A model generated the notes under the pieces. That model was not told where the DNA came from, searched no databases, and saw only the letters and a list, made by a program, of their open reading frames with translations. Positions 59,330 to 64,000 of a stretch of DNA of 64,000 nucleotides are shown piece after piece. The position numbers were made by a program, and so were the translations under genes. Within the stretch, counting starts at the first letter, position 1, and each line of letters starts with the position of its first letter. Source of the stretch: Flavobacteriales bacterium (lineage in GTDB: Bacteria; Bacteroidota; Bacteroidia; Flavobacteriales; CAJXXR01); assembly GCA_049609625.1 (NCBI GenBank), contig JBMYYR010000001.1:3644-67643 (forward strand). Direction: 5' to 3'.

Positions 59330-60352
59330 ATGAAGATAAAAGCACAACAGATTGCAGAACTTATCGAAGGCGAAATTATAGGTAATCCAAACGTTGAGGT
59401 TGATCACTTGGCGAGCATCGAAGACGGTGATAAAGGCGGTTTATCTTTCCTTTCAAACCCAAAATACAACAAGTATTTATACACCACGGAGGCTTCCATA
59501 GTTATTGTCAACAAAGACTTTGAACCCGAATCGACCTTCGTATCGACCTTGATAAAGGTAGAAGATTCTTACCAGTCTTTTGCTAAGCTTTTGCAATTTG
59601 CCGAAGCTCAAAACACACCAAAAACAGGTATCGAAGAGCCAAACTTCATTCATCCCAGTGCCAAAATAGGAAAAGACGTTTATATTGGTGCTTTCGTTTA
59701 TATTGGCGAGGATACGACGATTGAAGACGGCGTAAAACTCTATCCGCATACTTACGTTGGCGACAAAACAAGCATCGGAAAAGATAGTATTTTGTATGCT
59801 GGCGTGAAAATATATCACGAATGTCAGATTGCCAACAACTGCACCATCCATTCCGGAGCCGTTATTGGTTCTGATGGATTCGGTTTTGCACCAACCAATA
59901 GTCAGGATTACTCTAAAATTCCACAATTAGGAAATGTAGTCATCGAAGAATTTGTGGAAATTGGTGCGAATACAACAGTTGACAGAGCAACGATTGGATC
60001 AACCAAAATTTTGTCGGGCACCAAGCTAGACAACCTCATACAGATTGCACACAACGTTGTTGTTGGAAAAAATACGGTAATTGCAGCCCAAACAGGCATC
60101 GCAGGATCAACCAAGATTGGGGATCAATGTATGATTGGCGGACAAGTGGCCATTGCAGGGCATATCGAAATAGGAAACGAAGTGAAACTCGCCGCAAAAT
60201 CGGGCATACCAGCTTCCATTGCCGATAAGGAAATACACATGGGACCTATTGCTTTCGAGCGTAGAGATTTTCAGCGTTCATATATTTTATTCAAAAAATT
60301 ACCCGACTTAGCTCGACGGATTAAAGACCTTGAAAAACAGCTTTTGGACTAA
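59330..60352 (+). CDS. lpxD: UDP-3-O-acylglucosamine N-acyltransferase
   Basis: MKIKAQQIAELIEGEIIGNPNVEV N-terminus and hexapeptide repeats. The track ORF starts at a TTG 9 nt upstream. Confidence 0.94.
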   Translation: MKIKAQQIAELIEGEIIGNPNVEVDHLASIEDGDKGGLSFLSNPKYNKYLYTTEASIVIVNKDFEPESTFVSTLIKVEDSYQSFAKLLQFAEAQNTPKTGIEEPNFIHPSAKIGKDVYIGAFVYIGEDTTIEDGVKLYPHTYVGDKTSIGKDSILYAGVKIYHECQIANNCTIHSGAVIGSDGFGFAPTNSQDYSKIPQLGNVVIEEFVEIGANTTVDRATIGSTKILSGTKLDNLIQIAHNVVVGKNTVIAAQTGIAGSTKIGDQCMIGGQVAIAGHIEIGNEVKLAAKSGIPASIADKEIHMGPIAFERRDFQRSYILFKKLPDLARRIKDLEKQLLD

Positions 60353-60365
60353 CACCCTACCAACC

Positions 60366-61742
60366 ATGAGAAAGCAACGCACAATAAAATCATCCGTTAC
60401 CATTTCGGGAATGGGGCTGCATACCGGAGAGTTTTCTACACTTACTTTTCATCCAGCTCCAGAACACCATGGTTTCAGGTTTCTGCGCTCAGACTTAGAG
60501 CAAAAGCCTGTCATCAAGGCCGATGCACGCTATGTTCATAAAACCGAACGCGGCACTAGTCTGCTGCATGAAGGCGTTGAAGTAAACACCACCGAACACG
60601 TGTTGGCGGCTTTGGTAGGACTTGAGCTCGACAATATTTTGATTGAACTTTCGGCCTCCGAACCCCCCATAATGGATGGCTCGTCGATTGAGTTTATTAA
60701 ACTTCTAAAAACCACAGAACATATTGATCAAGAGGCTGATGTGGACTATTTTGAAGTCAAAGAACCGATACATTTTATCGACAAAGAAACCCAGTCGGAA
60801 ATGTTGCTGTTGCCAGCCGATCAGTTTGAAGTTACGGTTATGATAGACTATAACACCAAGGTGCTCAACACACAACATGCAAGTCTAAAGTCGCTTAGAA
60901 GCTTTGAATCTGAAATTGCCGAAGCCAGAACCTTCTGTTTTCTTCACGAACTTGAATTGTTGGTAGAACACAACCTCATCAAAGGCGGCGACCTTAATAA
61001 TGCCATTGTTTTTGTGGAGCGTCAGCTCAGCGAAGCCGAGATGAAACGCTTAGGAACCTATTTTGGGAAAGACGAGGTTTTTGTCCGCCCCGAAGGTATT
61101 CTAAACAATATCGAACTTCGGTTTACCAACGAAGCCGCACGCCATAAACTACTCGACGTTATTGGTGATTTAGCCCTTTTTCCACAAGCGATCAAAGGCC
61201 GACTGATTGCCACAAAACCTGGTCATGGGCCAAATACAAATTTTGCAAAACATTTACTAAAATTAAAACAGAAACAGATGCCACGCTATGATGTAAACAA
61301 AAAACCAGTAATGGATGTTGTAGATATCATGAATACTCTACCTCACAGACCACCTTTCTTGTTGGTTGACAAGATTTTAGAAATTGACGACACTCGTGTA
61401 GTTGGTCTTAAAAACGTAACGATGAACGAGGAGTTTTTTAATGGTCATTTTCCGGGTTCGCCCGTAATGCCTGGCGTTTTGCAGGTTGAAGCTATGGCTC
61501 AGGCTGGAGGAATTTTAGTTCTAAAACAAGTTCCCGATCCTGAAAACTACCTGACCTATTTTATGAAAATAGACAAAGTTAGATTCAAACAAATGGTACT
61601 TCCTGGAGACACCTTAATCTTTGAACTCGAACTCATTGCCCCTGTCCGCCGAGGGATTTGCCAAATGGTGGGGAAAGCCTACGTGGGCGATAAACAAGTT
61701 ATGGAAGCCGAACTGATGGCACAAATCAAAAAAGTGAAATAA
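60366..61742 (+). CDS. lpxC-fabZ: Bifunctional UDP-3-O-acyl-GlcNAc deacetylase / 3-hydroxyacyl-ACP dehydratase
   Basis: LpxC N-half (GMGLHTGE...TTEHVLAAL) and FabZ C-half (LPHRPPFLLVD...HFPGSPVMPGVL). ATG at 60366. Confidence 0.95.
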   Translation: MRKQRTIKSSVTISGMGLHTGEFSTLTFHPAPEHHGFRFLRSDLEQKPVIKADARYVHKTERGTSLLHEGVEVNTTEHVLAALVGLELDNILIELSASEPPIMDGSSIEFIKLLKTTEHIDQEADVDYFEVKEPIHFIDKETQSEMLLLPADQFEVTVMIDYNTKVLNTQHASLKSLRSFESEIAEARTFCFLHELELLVEHNLIKGGDLNNAIVFVERQLSEAEMKRLGTYFGKDEVFVRPEGILNNIELRFTNEAARHKLLDVIGDLALFPQAIKGRLIATKPGHGPNTNFAKHLLKLKQKQMPRYDVNKKPVMDVVDIMNTLPHRPPFLLVDKILEIDDTRVVGLKNVTMNEEFFNGHFPGSPVMPGVLQVEAMAQAGGILVLKQVPDPENYLTYFMKIDKVRFKQMVLPGDTLIFELELIAPVRRGICQMVGKAYVGDKQVMEAELMAQIKKVK

Positions 61743-61744
61743 AG

Positions 61745-62530
61745 ATGAACCAACCCTTAGCGTATATACACCCCGAGGCAAAAATTGCCGAAAATGTGGT
61801 GGTCGAGCCCTTTTCGTCTATCCATAAAGATGTCGAAATTGGCGATGGCACTTGGATTGGTTCAAATGTTACAATTATGGAAGGCGCACGAATCGGAAAA
61901 AATTGTCGAATTTTTCCAGGTGCTGTTATTTCCGCCGTTCCTCAAGACTTGAAATTTGGCGGAGAGTATTCTATCGTCAAAATTGGAAACAATACCACCG
62001 TGCGCGAATGCGTAACGATCAACAGAGGAACGAACTATTCTGGCGAAACCGTTGTGGGAAACAACTGCCTGTTGATGGCTTATGTTCATGTAGCTCACGA
62101 TTGTATTATAAAAGATAATTGTGTGATTGTCAACAATGTAGCTCTTGCTGGACACGTAACTGTTGGCGAACATGCAATCATTGGAGGCCTGTCGGCGGTT
62201 CATCAATTTGTCAATATAGGTTGCCACGTTATGGTAGGCGGAGGCTCGCTTGTCCGCAAAGATGTACCACCTTATGTAAAGGCATCAAAAGAACCTCTAT
62301 CTTTTGTAGGTATAAATTCTATCGGATTGAGAAGGCGTGGATTTGACCCCAAAACCATCGCCGAAATTCAGGATATTTATCGTATTCTTTTTCAAAAAGG
62401 CATCCCAACCAACCGAGCAGTAGAACTTATCGAAGCCGAACTTCCCGCTTCTGTAGAGCGTGATAAAATCATTTATTTTGTCCGCAACGCCAAGCGTGGA
62501 ATCATGAAAGGCTACACCAGTAATCAATAA
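61745..62530 (+). CDS. lpxA: Acyl-ACP--UDP-GlcNAc O-acyltransferase
   Basis: Hexapeptide repeats and a C-terminal helical domain. Confidence 0.95.
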   Translation: MNQPLAYIHPEAKIAENVVVEPFSSIHKDVEIGDGTWIGSNVTIMEGARIGKNCRIFPGAVISAVPQDLKFGGEYSIVKIGNNTTVRECVTINRGTNYSGETVVGNNCLLMAYVHVAHDCIIKDNCVIVNNVALAGHVTVGEHAIIGGLSAVHQFVNIGCHVMVGGGSLVRKDVPPYVKASKEPLSFVGINSIGLRRRGFDPKTIAEIQDIYRILFQKGIPTNRAVELIEAELPASVERDKIIYFVRNAKRGIMKGYTSNQ

Positions 62531-62555
62531 CATTTAAAACTAAAAAAAGACCAAA

Positions 62556-63122
62556 ATGGCATCAACTTCTGACATCAAAAACGGACTTTGTATTCGAATT
62601 AACTCGGATATTTTCAAAGTTGTAGAATTTCTTCACGTTAAACCAGGGAAAGGACCTGCTTTTGTACGAACAAAAATAAAATCGGTAACGACAGGGAAAG
62701 TATTGGATAAAACCTTTCCGGCAGGACATAAAATTGACGACGTTCGAGTAGAAACTCATAAATTTCAGTTTTTGTATAGCGATGGCGATCAGATTCATTT
62801 TATGAATGTTGATGATTACAATCAAATTACTTTAGATCCTAAAATTATTGATGGTTACGAACTTATGAAAGAAGGAGAAATCGTAACGGTTCAATTGAAT
62901 TCTGAAGATGGAATGCCTTTGGCAGTTGATATGCCAGCTTCAGTAGTTGTTGAGGTAAGCAACACAGAACCAGGTGTTAAAGGAAATACAGCAACCAACG
63001 CCACCAAGCCAGCAACGGTAGAAACAGGTGCCGAAATCATGGTGCCTTTATTTATCAACGAAGGCGACAAAATAAAAGTTGACACGAAGACAAAAAGTTA
63101 TATGGAACGTGTAAAAGCCTAA
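62556..63122 (+). CDS. efp: Translation elongation factor P
   Basis: HVKPGKGPAFVRTKIK motif. Confidence 0.96.
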   Translation: MASTSDIKNGLCIRINSDIFKVVEFLHVKPGKGPAFVRTKIKSVTTGKVLDKTFPAGHKIDDVRVETHKFQFLYSDGDQIHFMNVDDYNQITLDPKIIDGYELMKEGEIVTVQLNSEDGMPLAVDMPASVVVEVSNTEPGVKGNTATNATKPATVETGAEIMVPLFINEGDKIKVDTKTKSYMERVKA

Positions 63123-63144
63123 GCTTTACAATCAATTTCTACGG

Positions 63145-63942
63145 ATGATTCAACACATAAAATCTTTAAATTTCAAGAAAATAATCCTGTATTTTTGTGG
63201 TACAGGATTACTTTTTTTGCTCATTTCTTTACTCGGACTTAAAACGCTTTCGATCTATACTCAGCATGGCGAAGTGATCGAAGTACCCGATTTAATCAAT
63301 CAACGTCAAAGCGAATTTTCTTCCAACTTAGACGCATTAGATTTGTCTTACGAAATTATAGATTCAGGAGCTTATAATCCATCCATTCAACCAGGTGGCG
63401 TCATTGAGCAAGTGCCAAAAGCCTTAGCAGGAGTAAAAAGTGGTCGAACAATTTATTTGACACTAAATCCTTCTAGTCCCGGATTTGTAAACTTTCCCGA
63501 TTTTAAAGATAAACAGCTCAGGCGATTAGTTAGCTATGCCCGAGCCACAGGTTTGATTGTAGAAACGATTTCTTATAAAAACGATATTGCCGATTTTGTG
63601 GTTCTTGATGTTACCCAAAACGGCAAAAAAGTTGAGGCTAACCAACGCTTAGCTAAAGGCTCTAAACTCGAAGTTTTGGTCGGCAAAACAGCAGGTAAAT
63701 TATGTAGCGCACCTTCAGTTTCAGGCATGTCGAAGCTCAATGCTTTTGCTCGTATTCAGTCGGCTGGGCTAAACATTGGAACAGTAAGAATTGACGAAAA
63801 AGATAAACATGTAAATCCTTTAGAATTAGTGGTTTACAAACAAGAACCTTTGTCGGCAAGGAGAGAAATTTATAGCGCAGGTAGAGGGATTAATCTCTGG
63901 CTAAAAAAGAGAGAATATCTTGATGAAACAACTGATAATTAG
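63145..63942 (+). CDS. PASTA-domain membrane-anchored protein
   Basis: N-terminal TM helix followed by three PASTA-like repeats (VPDLINQ..., FPDFKDK..., APSVSGM...). Confidence 0.75.
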   Translation: MIQHIKSLNFKKIILYFCGTGLLFLLISLLGLKTLSIYTQHGEVIEVPDLINQRQSEFSSNLDALDLSYEIIDSGAYNPSIQPGGVIEQVPKALAGVKSGRTIYLTLNPSSPGFVNFPDFKDKQLRRLVSYARATGLIVETISYKNDIADFVVLDVTQNGKKVEANQRLAKGSKLEVLVGKTAGKLCSAPSVSGMSKLNAFARIQSAGLNIGTVRIDEKDKHVNPLELVVYKQEPLSARREIYSAGRGINLWLKKREYLDETTDN

Positions 63943-63948
63943 AATGTT

Positions 63949-64000
63949 ATGAAACTATTTTGGACACTTTCCGCTTTGATCTTGATGAGCATAGTAACAG
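63949..64000 (+). CDS. Start of an unidentified gene (signal-peptide-like MKLFWTLSALILMSIVT), truncated by the window end
   Basis: ATG 7 nt after the PASTA gene stop, open to the window edge. Confidence 0.3.
   Translation, partial: MKLFWTLSALILMSIVT

Overview
AT-rich chromosomal core region of a Bacteroidota (Flavobacteriia-like) genome. The taxonomic call rests on an lpxC-fabZ fusion, DUF5683 after parB, DUF4290, a Bat operon and TAnnTTTG -7 promoter boxes. The window is almost fully coding (about 60 genes) and mostly housekeeping: pyrG (partial), secA, rarA, gyrA, pyrH-tsf-rpsB-rpsI-rplM, an M16 peptidase pair, miaE, def-ruvX, cdd, bioB, ribBA, parAB, dapB, lpxD-lpxC/fabZ-lpxA and efp. I found no rRNA, tRNA, CRISPR array, transposase, integrase or recognisable defence island. 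The least ordinary stretch is 22.2-35.9 kb. There an orphan cbb3-oxidase maturation ATPase (ccoI/fixI-like) is divergent from a soluble FixL-like PAS histidine kinase plus a REC-Crp/Fnr fusion regulator. An eight-gene, translationally coupled MoxR/DUF58/VWA Bat aerotolerance operon follows immediately. Other points worth a second look: an SPFH-GYF_2 protein paired with a double-zinc-ribbon membrane protein, a GH3/beta-lactamase fusion at the end of a seven-gene overlapping operon, scattered Wzx/Wzy-like genes with an unassignable 354-aa partner, and two long ORF-free regions (upstream of gyrA, and between araC and parA). Several ORF-track entries begin at TTG/GTG codons upstream of the likely ATG, and I trimmed those starts. 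All functional calls come from reading the translated sequences and remembered family motifs. No database search was run.
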